DNA of 64,000 nucleotides. Source: Octopus sinensis. Lineage: Eukaryota. The first letter of the stretch is position 1, and each line of letters begins with the position of its first letter. Made by a program: the position numbers and the translations under genes. A model generated the notes under the pieces. The model did not search any database and was not told the DNA's origin. It was given only the letters and a program-made list of their open reading frames with translations. The stretch spans positions 24,180,001 to 24,244,000 of the forward strand of contig NC_043022.1 in the NCBI RefSeq assembly GCF_006345805.1. Direction: 5' to 3'. This document shows, piece after piece, positions 26,272 to 39,111 of this stretch.

Positions 26272-27359
26272 ATATATAGATAGATAATTGTGAAGGTACA
26301 TAGCCTAGTAGTTAGGCTGTTGTACTCACAATTGGTAGATTGTGGGTTCGATTCCCTGACTGGGCAGCACATTCTGTTCTTGAACAAAACACTTTCTTTC
26401 ACACTCCTTTCCATCAGGGGGGGGGGGAGTATGTTGGCCTGCTCTCCTAGCCAGTGGAGTGGCATCATTTAAAGGCTAGAACAATGCAAAAAAGTGCATT
26501 GTGACTAGTGATGTGTAATAATATCTGTTAGCCTGGTCATGTGATATATATATATATATATCTGGCACTCTGTTGGTTACAACAATGAGTGTTCCAGTTG
26601 ATCTGATCAACAAAACAGCCTACTTGTAAAATTTCATGTGCAAGTGGCTGAGCACACCTCAGACAGGCATAGCCTTTAGTTGTTCTCAGGGAGACTCAGC
26701 ATGACAGAGAATGGGGCAAGGCTGACCCTTTAAATTGCAAGTGGAAAAAAGTGGATGTTATGATGATGATGATGATGATGATGATGTGTATGTGTGTCTG
26801 TGTATATGTATATATATATTTCTTTACTGTCCACAAGGGGCTAAACATAGAGGGGACAAACAAGGACAGACAAAGGGATTAAGTCGATTACATCGACCCC
26901 AGTGCGAAACTGGTATTTTATTTATCGACCCCGAAAGGATGAAAGGCAAAGTTAACCTCAGCGGAATTTGAACTCAGAACGTAACGACAGACGAAATACC
27001 ACTAAGCATCTCGCCCGGCACGCTATATATGTATATATATATGTATGTATATATATGTAGACACACAAACCCAAACTCAAGTAAAAACAGAACAGGTCTC
27101 GACTGGCTGCCAACAACCATACTGTTACATACACACAGGTATACATGCATATACATGTACAGTTTATCACACACACAAATGCAGAGACAGAAAGCAATAA
27201 AATTTTCCTCTTGATGTGGAAGCAGAGAATATACGAAATGTTGTAACCTTTGTTGAAATGAATAAAACATTAATCTTCAGATCAACTACAACCAATACTG
27301 CTTCACCACCACCACCACCACTGCTACCACCACTGTGGTGATAAGAGAGGAGCAGGAAG

Positions 27360-27950
27360 AGTGAAAGGAGGAAGGGGAGGGAGGAGGAGGAGGAAGAAGA
27401 AAAGGAGGAATAAGAGGAGAAAGAAGAGAAGAGAAGAGGAGGGGGAAAGAGGAAGCAAGAGGGAAAAGAGAGAAAGAAAAGGAAAAGGTGAGAAAGAGGA
27501 GGAGGATAAAGAAAAAGAAGAGGAAACAGTCAAGGATGAAGAAGAGCAGGACAAGAGGAGGGGGAAAGAGGAAGCAAGAGAAGGGGAAGAGGAAAAAAGA
27601 GAAAAAGGAAAAGGAGAGGAGGAGGAAGAGGAGGAAAAGGATAGAAAAAGGAGGAGGAGGAAGAATGAGGAAGCAAGAGAAGGGGAAGAGGGAAAAAAGA
27701 GAAAAAGGAAAAGGTGAGGAGGAGGAAGAGGAGAAAAAGGATAGAAAAAGGAGGAGGAGGAGGAATGAGGAAGCAAGAGAAGGGGAAGAGGAAAAAAAAG
27801 AGAAAGAAAAGGAAAAGGTGAAGAAAAAGAAAAAGAAGAGGAAACAGTGGAGGATGAAGAGAAGAAAAGTGAGGAAAAGAGGATGTGGAGGAAGAAAGAA
27901 GAGCAGGAGGGGGAGAAAAAAGATGAGGAGGCAGGAGAGGAAGGAAAGAG
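27360..27950. repeat. Polypurine tract with a ~100-bp higher-order repeat
   Basis: gaggaagcaagag anchors at 27449, 27568, 27667 and 27767. Confidence 0.85.
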
Positions 27951-30566
27951 CTGTTATTTGGCCTACAAAGTGTAAACAACATCTTGGTAGCAGCAGCCAT
28001 GGTACAATCAATGGAGGTGAGAGATGAAGTGTGTCACAACACCCCCACCCCCACGCCAGGAGGTCAGCAAGTTGATTATGAAAGACATTCCAAATGTGAC
28101 AATCCTGTCTTTACAAGGAACCTAGGATCACATTACTCAACATATTCTTTGTGATTTGAGAAAGATTTGGCTGCCATTCATAGCAGGTAGAGCAACCATG
28201 TAGAGTAGTACTATGGTGTGAAGTAGTATGGTGTGGTGTGGTGTATGGTACTGTGGTGTGACCGTATAGTTGGTGCTTGGTACTTCAGTCCTGATGGTGA
28301 TGATGATGACAATGATGACGATGATGATGGTGGTGGTGATGATGATAATGATGATAGTGGTGGTGGTAATGATTGTGGTGGTGGTGATGGTGGTTGTGAT
28401 AATGGTGGTGATGGTGAATGATGGTGGTGGTTGTGATGATGACGATGGTTATGGCAGTGATGATGGTGCTGATGGTTGTGGGGGTGGTGATGGCGATGAT
28501 GACAATGGTGACAGTGATGATGATGATGGTGGTGGTGATAGCTGTGGTGATGATGATGATGATGATGATGATGATGCTGGCAATACAATACAGTAACAGA
28601 CATTTGGAAATCATTCCATCCCCCCTGCCTCACTCCCATCACAGAAAAACATGTAGATAGGATTTCAAAGACAGCAAGGAGGAAGAGGAGGACAGCCATC
28701 TTTTAGGAGAGAAATATGGCATGACATGGCATTTGGAGAGAATGAAAAGAGGGGAGGGGCATGGCTGGTAGATGGAAATAGTTGTGGAATCAACAAAGAG
28801 AAACAGGGAATATGATGGATTTCAATGAAATTGGATGCAAGGAGTGTTTGAACGTGACTGGAATCAGCTAAATGTTAGTAAATTACTCTTTTATATCGTA
28901 GTTGACATGGCCTTTCATCCAGTGGAAGATGATGAAAGGAGTAGCTGTCATATACTGGGGACCAATTACACGCACACACACACACACAGAGAAACCACAT
29001 TTCAAACTTTGTGCTTAGGTGAGAAAAATCATCATCATTGACGTTGACATCAACATCATCATCATCAAAGTCATGATCATCATCACCATCATCATTATAT
29101 CGCTATTAAGTGAAGGTGGCAAGCTGGCAGAATCGTTAGCACACTGGGCTGGGCAAAATGATTTATAGCATTTCATCCACCTTTACATTTTGGGTTCAAA
29201 TCCTGCTGAGGTCAACTTTACTTTTCATCCTTTCAGGGTCAATAAATTAAGTACCAATGAAATACTGGGGTTAATGTAATTGACTGGTCTCCTCCCCATA
29301 AATTTCAAACCTTTTGTCTATAGTAGAAAGGATTATTATTATTATTATTATTATTATTATAATTATTATTATTATTAAGGTGTGGCACTTGTGCTGGTGG
29401 TACGTGAAAAAACATTCGAGTGAGGTCGTTGCTAGTGTCGCTGGACTGGCTCCTGTACAGGTGGCACATAAAAAGCACCATTTGAGCATGGCCATTGCCA
29501 GTACTGCTTGACTGGCCCTCGTGCTGGTGGCACGTAAAAAGCACCCACTACACTCTCGGAGCGGTTGGCGTTAGGAAGGGCATCCAGCTGTAGAAACTCT
29601 GCCAGATCAGATTGGAGCCTAGCACAGCCATCTGGTTCGCCAGTCCTCGGTCAAATCATCCAACCCATGATAGCATGGAAAGCGGATGTTAAATGATTAT
29701 TATTATTATTATTATTATTATTCATAAGGCAGTGAGCTGACAGATCCATTAACATGAAGACAGGAACATTTAGCAGCATTTCCCTTTTGTGGTTGGTCAA
29801 TGTAGTTGACTAGACCTCTTCCTACCAAATTTCAGGCCTATAGCAGACAAGATTATTATCATCATTATTAGGTTAACTGATTGATTGTAGGGTGGTGGAA
29901 TGGCAGAAACATTGGAAGGGAAAAAATAGAATGCCTTGCAGTACATGCTCTGGATCTTAATGTTTAGGTTTCAAATCCTGCCGACGCTGACTTTGCCTTT
30001 CATCCATCCTGGATTCAATGAAATAAAGTACCAACACTGTATGAGGGTTGATTCAATTGACTAATCTCTCCCTGCACCACATCCGGCCCTTGCTGCTGTT
30101 AGCCAGTTTTTGCCCTTGTTTTATCAAAGATTTCATAAACGAGACAGTTTTGGGATATGTCTAATGCTTGTTTACAAAACTAATTAGTTCATATTCAATT
30201 AAATCTCACACCATTTGGCAGAATAAAATACAAAAAAAAAAGAGGAATTCTAGTAGACATTCTGGTACTTTTGGGTTTGACTTAGATGTTATTGGATGTT
30301 AACACCTTATCTGAAGTGTTAGGATTAATATTATTACAGGCTTCTCATCTCCAGGCTAATGACATTAACGAAGATATCTTGTTACCCTGCTTCTTAAGCT
30401 AGCTACTCAGGGGTTATTGGTTTCTTCCACCCCCTTTTCTGCCCCACCAGTCACACAGGCCCTGCAACCATACCAAAAGCTTATGGGCACTGCCCTACCC
30501 CCTATGGCTAAACCATAAACTGAAAACAAGAGATCTGTGAGGTTTCCTGAAGACTCATTACTCTGC

Positions 30567-30614
<48 letters not shown>

Positions 30615-31584
30615 TATAATGATCACAACAGACAGTTTATTTTCAAAGTGTTTCCTTTACAAGAAAAAAAGTTAGCTGGGGAGCAGCGAAGGGGAGCGAC
30701 ATGGTATCAAGAGTCTGGCTAGCTCTATGAAAGGGCTATCAACTTTCGACTTGTTATACATTATGGTGGGGAGAGAGAGAGTGAGTGTCTGATATGAAAC
30801 ATGGGTGGAGTGGTTTGGTGACTGAGACCTAGTCTCCCCTGTATCGACTTACAATTAAGGAACTTCGCAAGAGAGCTTACTGGCTATGTATCAAACCAGT
30901 CATGCTGGTTTGAAACAAGTTAGACGGCAGTAGGAGTTGTCAGGCGTGTTGGATGTGTTTGTTAAGGGGCAGCAGTAGTTATTTAAGAGCTAATTTGAAC
31001 TCCCCCCATGTAGGAAGAACAGAACTAAAATTACTTTCGAGGATTAGGCTCCTCACTGATTCTCAATTACCAAAAAATATTACTGGCATCAGATGACAAA
31101 TAATGGGCTTTAAAGAACTTTAAAGAACTTTGCCACTGTTTCCCACCATTTGACGGGATGAAATTATTAGCAGCAATCAAAATAGGATTTGGAAAACAAA
31201 TTTGAAATTAATATTTGCCATTCCCTCACCACTCGGCTCCCCAACCCCCACTTCAAAGTACACTTCACGATCTGAAGGTCAAGGTCACATATGTTGCATG
31301 GTGAATGAACATATAAACTTACGCGCACACACACACAAGATGAGCTTTCAGTTTCTGTCTACTAAATCCAGTCAAAGCTTTGGACAGCCCGTGGCTATAG
31401 TAGAAAATATTTACCTGCAGTGTCACACATTGAGACTGAACCCAGAACCATGTGGTTGGGAAGTAAACTTCTTATTTCTTTATTGCTCACAAGGGGCTAA
31501 ACATAGAGGGGACAAACAAAGGGATTAAGTCAATTACATCGACCTCAGTGCATAAGTGGTACTTAATTTATCGACCCCGAAATT

Positions 31585-31979
31585 GATCAACATCAATGGA
31601 AATTGTAGCTGTGACACCAGTGCCGGTGGCACGTAGGTGAACCATCCGAACGTGGCCATTGCCAGCGCTGCCCCGACTGGCCTCCGTGCCAGTGGCACGT
31701 AAAAAGCACCATCCGATCATGGCCATTTCCAGCCCCGCCTGGCCTCCATGCCGGTGGCACGTAAAAAGCATCATCTGATCGTGGCCGTTTGCCAGCCTCG
31801 TCTGGCACGTAAAAAGCACCCACTACACTCATGGAGTGGTTGGTGTTAGGAAGGGCATCCAGCCGTAGAAACATTGCCAGATCAGACTGGGCCTGGTGCA
31901 GCCTTCTAGCTTCCCAGACCCCAGTTGAACCGTCCAACCCATGCTAGCATGGAAAGCAGATGCTAAACGATGATGATGA
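31585..31979 (+). mobile_element. RTE 3'UTR-only insertion inside a family B SINE. Similar copies at about 1297-1960(-), 2665-2995(-), 10700-11060, 20690-20858, 25660-25945, 29390-29720, 39920-40050(-), 43130-43310(-), 44240-44400, 45240-45460, 46600-46918 and 51361-51615
   Basis: Matches the 3'UTR of the LINE at 38270-38653, including gtgccggtggcacgtaaaaagcacc units and the (GAT)n tail. Confidence 0.88.
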
Positions 31980-32149
31980 AAGGATGAAAGGCAAAGTCAA
32001 CCTCGGCAGAATTTGAACTCAGAATGTAATGGCAGTAGAAATATCGCTAAGCTTGCCGCCTTCTTACCATACAGCCATGACTGTGCTTATATCTTTTTAT
32101 CTTTAACTTGTTTAGCCATTGAACTGTGACAGGTAGCTATCCTCAGTCG

Positions 32150-32690
32150 AATAAAACATGTAACTATTGTCCACCTAATAAAATAGCCATTAAACTATGT
32201 AGACATCCTTTAGCCAACAAAACATGTAGCAATCCTTGTGCCATCAAAACATGTAGCTATCTTATACCTAATAAAATATATAGCTAGCTCTCCTCTACCC
32301 CAAAACATGTAGTTATCCTCTAGCCAACAAGACATGTAGCTTTCCTTCACACCTTAAAACAGACATTCTTCATCCCAATAAAATATTTAACTTTTAAACA
32401 CCCCAAAAAAACATGTAGCTATCATCAATCTAATGAAGTATGTAGCTATTCACTGTGTAAATAAAACATGTGGCTCTTACTGTCTCGAATACCAACTGCT
32501 ATGCAAATATTTACTATTTCCTTACCACATGTCGAAAACAAAACACTGCATTCATCATTCCACATGTAGCAATTAGAGTATCAAATACTGATCATTACAT
32601 GGCCTATTTACATACCAGATGCCCGCCTTTCCTTCTTCCTCTCCCAACAACAACACTGAGTCCATCATTACCTCACATGTAGCAATCAGT
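32150..32690. repeat. Degenerate array of aaacatgtagctat motifs
   Basis: About 12 matches to ACATGT(A/G)G with irregular spacing. Confidence 0.7.
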
Positions 32691-33827
32691 GTGTCTTAAT
32701 ACCAAGCACTTTCTCGGCTCATTTGCACCAGGATCTGTCAAATTCACATTACAAGATGACAATCTGGTTTTAATTGCAACGCCACAGTAATGGATGTTTC
32801 TTTTTTGTCTTTTCTTTATTGTTTATTATTTTTTATTTTATTTTATTTTTTTGTTTTTGTTTTCCGAACAATAGACGCTAAATGTAGTAGCTGTCATTGC
32901 AAGACCCCGTGAAATGAGAGAGAAAGAGAATTAGCAAGTTTGAAGACTATTTCCGCTAAACTGTTATAATAAGCATTAATCAAGGAATCCCTGTAATTTA
33001 GCAGAGCCGAGAAAGAAAGTATTTAATTTGAAAAACTGCCATTCTCTCTGCTGGCTACTTTTCAGCAGGACCCACCACTACCCCCCGCCATCAACCCGCT
33101 ACTCAATTCTATCACCATTATCATCATCATAGGCCATTGTTGTCAGTAGCTGCGGTGGTGGTGGTGGTTGAAGATGTCTTCAATGCAAGGCTACTGGTCC
33201 ACTGTTTGAAGCGTTAATTACTTAACAATGAAAGCAAAGTAAATTTATTGCACTACAATCACAAGTGGACATGACCACAATTACCAACTGTCTTTTCATT
33301 CATTTCAATTTTAGTTAGGTGCAGTCCCCCCACTGCTCTCCATCCAGACCAGCTTCTCAATCTCTATCTCTATCTCGCCAGCAATCTCTTTTCCTTTCTA
33401 GCTCATAATCTCCTTCTCCTCAGCTACCTCTCCACCTCTTGCAACCTATCTCTCTCTCTATCTATCTATCTATCCATCACAATCTTTATATCTCTCTCAT
33501 ATATATCATCTTTCACCCCTTCGCCCCCCTCTCTCTCTCTTTCCATCTATCTGAAGACAGATATTTAAGAAGTGTTTCCGAATCAATACAATGTTTATGA
33601 CACCCTTCAATTAATGTCCGTAGCGAAAGTCTATTATTTATCTTCAGTTCTTCATTGACAGCATCATCGTTACAATTCAACAACAGCGATGATGCCAGAG
33701 TTTATCACAACGGCTCAATGGTTCCAGATTGTCTTACAACATATCAAGTCTGTACAAAACATCTTTTAAATGATTCTTTTCACAGCAATATTGGTTGTAG
33801 TTGTCTAGCACTCAAATCCCTTTTAGT

Positions 33828-34368
33828 CCAACTAGATAGACCGATGATGGAAGATGCTCCAAATCTGACCATCCTGTCTTGTTTTTTATAGGCATAATGC
33901 ATTATCCAACAAGACAGACCGATGATGGAAGATGCTCCAAATCTGACCATCCTGTCTTGTTTTTTATAGGCATAATGCATTATCCAACAAGACAGACCGA
34001 TGATGGAAGATGCTCCAAATCTGACCATCCTGTCTTGTTTTTATAGACATAATGCATTATCCAACTAGACAGACCGATGATGGAAAATGCTCCAAATCTG
34101 ACCATCCTGTCTTGTTTTTTATAGGCATAATGCATTATCCAACTAGACAGACCAATGATGGAAAATGCTCCAAATCTGACCATCCTGTCCTGTTTTTATA
34201 GACATAATGTTATCCAACTAGACAGACCAATGATGGAAAATGCTCCAAATCTGACCATCCCGTCTTGTTTTTATAGACATAATGCATTATTCAACTAGAC
34301 AGACCAATGATGGAAGATGCTCCAAATCTGACCATCCTGTCTAGTTTTTATAGACATAATGCATTATC
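33828..34368. repeat. Minisatellite, 7 copies of a 75-78 bp unit
   Basis: Units start at 33828, 33906, 33984, 34061, 34139, 34214 and 34291. Confidence 0.95.
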
Positions 34369-34524
34369 GCTTTATAACAATAGGACAAAATTTATCATGT
34401 TTAATCTCAACTGAAGTAAGGCCCTTAACCTCACTACCTCCTCCTGGCCCAATAATAATTAAAAAAAAGACCTTATTGAGGGGGTCTCTAATAAACCAGC
34501 CTCTCAGTCCACAAAAAAAAAACA

Positions 34525-34943
34525 GGCGCAGGAGTGGCTGTGTGGTAAGTAGCTTGCTAACCAACGACATGGTTCCGGGTTCAGTCCCACTGCGTGGCAT
34601 CTTGGGCAAGTGTCTTCTGCTATAGCCCCGGGCCGACCAATGCCTTGTGAGTGGATTTGGTAGACGGAAACTGAAAGAAGCCTGTCGTATATATGTATAT
34701 ATATATAAGTGTGTGTGTATATGTTTGTGTGTCTGTGTTTGTTCCCCCAGCATTGCTTGACAACCGATACTGGTGTGTTTACGTCCCCCGTCACTTAGCG
34801 GTTCGGCAAAAGCGACCGATAGAATAAGTACTGGGCTTACAAAGAATAAGTCCCGGGGTCGATTTGCTTGACTAAAGGCGGTGCTCCAGCATGGCCACAG
34901 TCAAATGACTGAAACAAGTAAAAGAGAAAAAGAGTAAAGAGAG
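34525..34943 (+). mobile_element. Family A SINE, full length. Other copies at about 8285-8705(-), 13890-14290(-), 17300-17715(-), 20020-20393(+), 22124-22500(+), 36481-36828(-), 50345-51085(-, two copies) and 53040-53240(+)
   Basis: Same head, CORE and tail motifs as the 60817 copy. Confidence 0.9.
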
Positions 34944-35270
34944 CCATATTTGGCCAAAATATTCTGGCCAGATCCAACCTCTCACTTGTACTCTACAATG
35001 TTATCCTAAAAATAAACAATCACATCACTGAAACCTTGAAGGAGCAAGACGATGCCTGATTAATTGAAAACAGTGTGAATAAATAAGCATTACATTTGGA
35101 GGAGCAATCTGGATGATAAAGGATTAAGGGTTATATTATTCCATCTATGTAGAGGTGTGTGGCTTAATAGTTAGGGTATTGGACTCACGATTGTAAGATT
35201 GTGGTTTCAATTCCTGGATTGGGAAGTGTGATGCATTCCTGTACAAAACACTTCTTTTCACATTGCTTAA

Positions 35271-35489
35271 CCCTTTCGTTACCAACCTGGCTGAAACCGG
35301 CTCTGGCTCTGTAGTACAAATGTCTTGTTTGCATAAGTTTTGAATTAAAATCTTCCTCCAAACCTTAGTCACAATTTATGTTCCTAACACGAGCTGAATG
35401 ATAACTAAGTTATTTTACTAAATTCTTTGTTATATTTGAAGTAATTGAAAGAAACACAGCATCTCAAAATAAATACAGTAACGAAAGGG
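35271..35489. mobile_element. piggyBac-like MITE (type 1) inside a tRNA-SINE
   Basis: TTAA|ccctttcgttac...gtaacgaaaggg|TTAA. Confidence 0.85.
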
Positions 35490-37015
35490 TTAAGTCCACT
35501 CAGCTGGCAAAAATGAGTATTCCTGCGACAGACTGGCATTCTGTCCAACAAGGAGTATATATGCCAGAGAATCTGGGAAACCGGCCCTACGAGTCCATAG
35601 GACTAAAGAAGGAGCTTTATCCAGTTTTTTTTATTCAATATAACATTTCCTTTTTGTGATTCATAAGAGTGGCTTCTTTTTCTAGTAGGTCGAATAATCT
35701 CATAAGATAGGTCGCTGATAGAGGAGACTGACATACAGAGAAAACTAAAATTAGAAACAAATAAATGATGGCTACTGGGGTCCAAACTGAATTTGAAGAA
35801 AATAAAGGCGAAAATGTTGGTAGGATAAACAGTTTTGTAGCAAAGTGAAGAATACAATAGAAAGGAAATATAAGAATGAAAATAGTAAAAAAATAAAAAG
35901 TAAATAAATGAAATTTAAAAAATCCACAATGTGACAGATGAGTTTTTCAGTGATGGGAGATACTGTTGTTTAATGCTACGAATTGACTCACAAGTCATTG
36001 CAGGTCTCACTAGTTATTAAGAAGTTAGCTGTGTGTAATTAAATACAAGTTTCGAAGACTACAGCAGTAGAGACTGACGCGCTGACAGAGAGAGACAAGC
36101 ATCCAGGAAAGACTGCTGTGTATTTCCTAAAGCAATTATAGCTGCGTATGTACATACAGCTGGTCAAGTTGATAGAGTTAGTGACCTTCTGATTATAAGG
36201 TTAATGGTTCATGCCGCATTGTTGGGGGTGCACTTAAAATCTCATTGCCTCAGTTTGCTTAGCTTTAAATAAGTACAATTAGAAGGCAGAGTTCATTGTT
36301 GTGAATAGGGGAGTGGTAACTTAACCAATGTGCAAAACTCAGTTCAGATTCAAAGATAGCTTAAGAGTGGCACACTTATGATGTTACAAATAGACAGGAT
36401 GTATCAGATGGGGACAACTAGCGATCAGCATGTGTGTGTATACATACATACATGCATATAATACATACATATATATCTCATTTACTCATTTCAGTCATTT
36501 GACTGTGGCCATGCTGGAGCACCACATTTAGTCGAGGAAATCGACCCCCCCCCACCCAGGACTTATTCTTTGTAAGCCTAGTACTTATTCTATCGGTCTC
36601 TTTTGCTGAACCGCTAAGTTACGGGAACGGGGGGTGGGGTGGGACAAACACAACACACACATATACGACGGGCTTCTTTCAGTTTCCGTCTACCAAATCC
36701 ACTCACAAGGCTTTGGTCGGCCCGAGGCTATAGTGGAAGACACTTGCCCAAGGCGCCACGCAGTGGGACTGAACCCGGAACCATGTGGTTCGTAAGCAAG
36801 CTACTTACCACACAGCCACTCCTACGCCTATATATATATATACATACACATACAATACATACATATATAATATGTGTATGTGTGTATATATATATATATA
36901 TAACGTGTGTATGTTTAACTGCAAAAAGCAGTCTATATATAATACATCAGTTAAATTTAAGGAGAACCAGAAGGTGATTCACTCCATAATGTGTGTTTGT
37001 ATATACATGTATATA

Positions 37016-38055
37016 CAGTACTCAGCCCCCTCCTATTTATCATAGTCCTCCAGGCAATAACGGAGGAATTCAAGACAGGATGCCCTTGGGAGCTCCTCTA
37101 TGCTGATGACCTTGCTCTAATTGCTGAGTCGCTATCAGAACTGGAGGAGAAGTTTCAGGTGTGGAAACAAGGATTAGAATCGAAGGGCCTCAGAGTCAAT
37201 CTAGCTAAAACCAAAGTCGTAATCAGTAGGAAGGTAGACAAATCACAAACACCTTCAGGTAGATGGCCCTGCTCGATCTGTAGAAAAGGTGTAGGTAGAA
37301 ACTCTATAAGATGCACCAAGTGTAAGCTACGGGCACATAAGAGATGCAGCAATGTCAAAGGAAGGCTAACTAGGAAGATGGTTTTTGTATGTGGCAGATG
37401 CTCAGGAACAATAAACACTGAAAATGCTCTGAGACCAACTTCCGTCACTTTCCAGGGAGAAAAACTAGAAATAGTTGATAGTTTCCGTTACCTAGGGGAC
37501 CAAGTCAGCAGCGGGGCCGGGTGTGCTGAAAGTGTAACTGCTAGAGTAAGAATAGCTTGGGCAAAGTTCAGAGAGCTCTTACCTCTGCTGGTGACAAAAG
37601 GCCTCTCGCACAGAGTGAAAGGCAGACTGTATGATGCGTGTGTACGAACAGCCATGCTACATGGCAGTGAAACATGGGCCGTGACTGCTGAGGATATGCG
37701 TAAGCTCGCTAGAAATGAAGCCAGTATGCTCCGATGGATGTGTAATGCCAGTACTCACACTCGGCAGTGTGTAAGTACCTTGAGAGAAAAGCTGGACCTA
37801 AGAAGCATCAGTTGTGGTGTGCAAGAGAGACGTTTGCGCTGGTATGGTCATGTGGCGAGAATGGATGAAGATAGTTGTGTGAAAAAGTGCTACACCCTAG
37901 CGGTTGAGGGAACCTGTGGAAGAGGCAGACCCAGGAAAACCTGGGACGAGGTGGTGAAGCACGACCTTCGAACTTTAGGTCTCACTGAGGAAATGACTAG
38001 AGACCGAGACCTCTGGAAGTGTGCTGTGCGCGAGAAGACCCGGCAGGACAAGTGA
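37016..38055 (+). pseudogene. Truncated reverse transcriptase ORF with an embedded C4HC3 (PHD-type) finger at 37270-37401
   Basis: Translation from the ORF track: CSIC..CTKC..HKRC..CGRC lies between the YADD region and FRYLG. Confidence 0.88.
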
Positions 38056-38653
38056 GTCCACAACCCGTGGCCTTCTACATGGGATGGAGCCAGCCTACGT
38101 ATGCATACCTTCCCTTCTTGGGACACAAAACTCTACTTGTGAAGACGTGTTGAGGCAAGTGAGGATCAGAATCGAAATCGATCAATGGAAATTGCGGACG
38201 TGCTACCAGTGCCGGTGGCATGTCGAAACTCTGCTTGTGAAGACCCATTGAGGCAAGTGAGGATCAGAATCGAAATCGATCAATGGAAATTGCAGATGTG
38301 TTACCAGTGCCGGTGGCATGTAAGAGAACTTTCCGTTTCGCGACCGTTGCCAGCACCGCCCCGTTTCGTGTCCGTTGCCAGCCTCGCCAGGCCCTCGTGT
38401 CGGTGGCACATAAAAAGCACCATCCGTTCGTGGCCGTTTGCCAGCTCTGTCTGGCACCAGTGCGGGTGGCACGTAAAAAGCACCCACTACACTCACGGAG
38501 TGGTTGGCGTTAGGAAGGGCATCCAGCCGTAGAAACACTGCCAGATTTGACTGGGCCTGATGAAGCCTTCTGGCTTCACAGACCCCAGTAGAACCGTCCA
38601 ACCCATGCTAGCATGGAAAACGGACGCTAAATGATGATGATGATGATGATGAT
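37016..38653 (+). mobile_element. 5'-truncated RTE-clade LINE: RT C-terminal half, structured 3'UTR and (GAT)n tail
   Basis: Uninterrupted frame VLSPLLF...YADD (37099-37110)...RLRWYGHV...RGRPRKTW, stop at 38055. The 3'UTR ends in ccatgctagcatgg...gatgatgat. Confidence 0.95.
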
Positions 38654-39082
38654 CTATGCTAACACATAGTGTATGGCTGTTTATATTAATACATACATAC
38701 ATATAATATAATAAGAAATAGCTAAATTTTTTGGCTGCTATTTCTAAAAGTTCGGTATGTGGTAAAGTAAATTTTTTTTTGCTGAACCCTAATTATATAT
38801 ATACATATATATATATATGTATATATTTATTACACACACACATGCGTATATATATGCATACACATTACTATGGTGAGTGTGTGTATCTATGTTTGTGTCG
38901 TGAGTGTATATGAGTTCATTTGTAAATATGTGCCTACATATTGATAAGGGAAAGTGCGCACACACATACATACACACACTTACAATGACATAATGGGAAC
39001 GAAATAGATAACAAACCCTGTGAATGTGTGTGTGTGTGTGTGTGTGTGCAGGCATGCACACGTGCTGTAGTGAGATTCATAC

Positions 39083-39111
39083 CTAGAAAGCATCCTTGAT
39101 GAAATCAGCTC
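39083..39111 (-). other. Candidate 29-nt exon
   Basis: ttgtcttcctttgtaag|GAGCTG...TTCTAG|gtatga. Confidence 0.3.

Noticed and set aside
33530-33720. About 60-codon minus-strand open frame (TLASSLLLNCNDDAVNEELK...)
   Set aside because: No start codon, no compatible splice sites and no recognisable motif.
33780-34183. Repeat-protein ORFs (MVRFGASSIIGLSCWIMHYAYKKQDR)n
   Set aside because: They arise from the 78-bp unit; shorter units break the frame and no splice signals support them.
24470-34368. CRISPR interpretation of the repeat arrays
   Set aside because: Eukaryotic context, no cas genes, and no constant repeats with unique, regularly sized spacers.
35603-35740. Strong minus-strand acceptor followed by short open frames
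   Set aside because: No credible donor.
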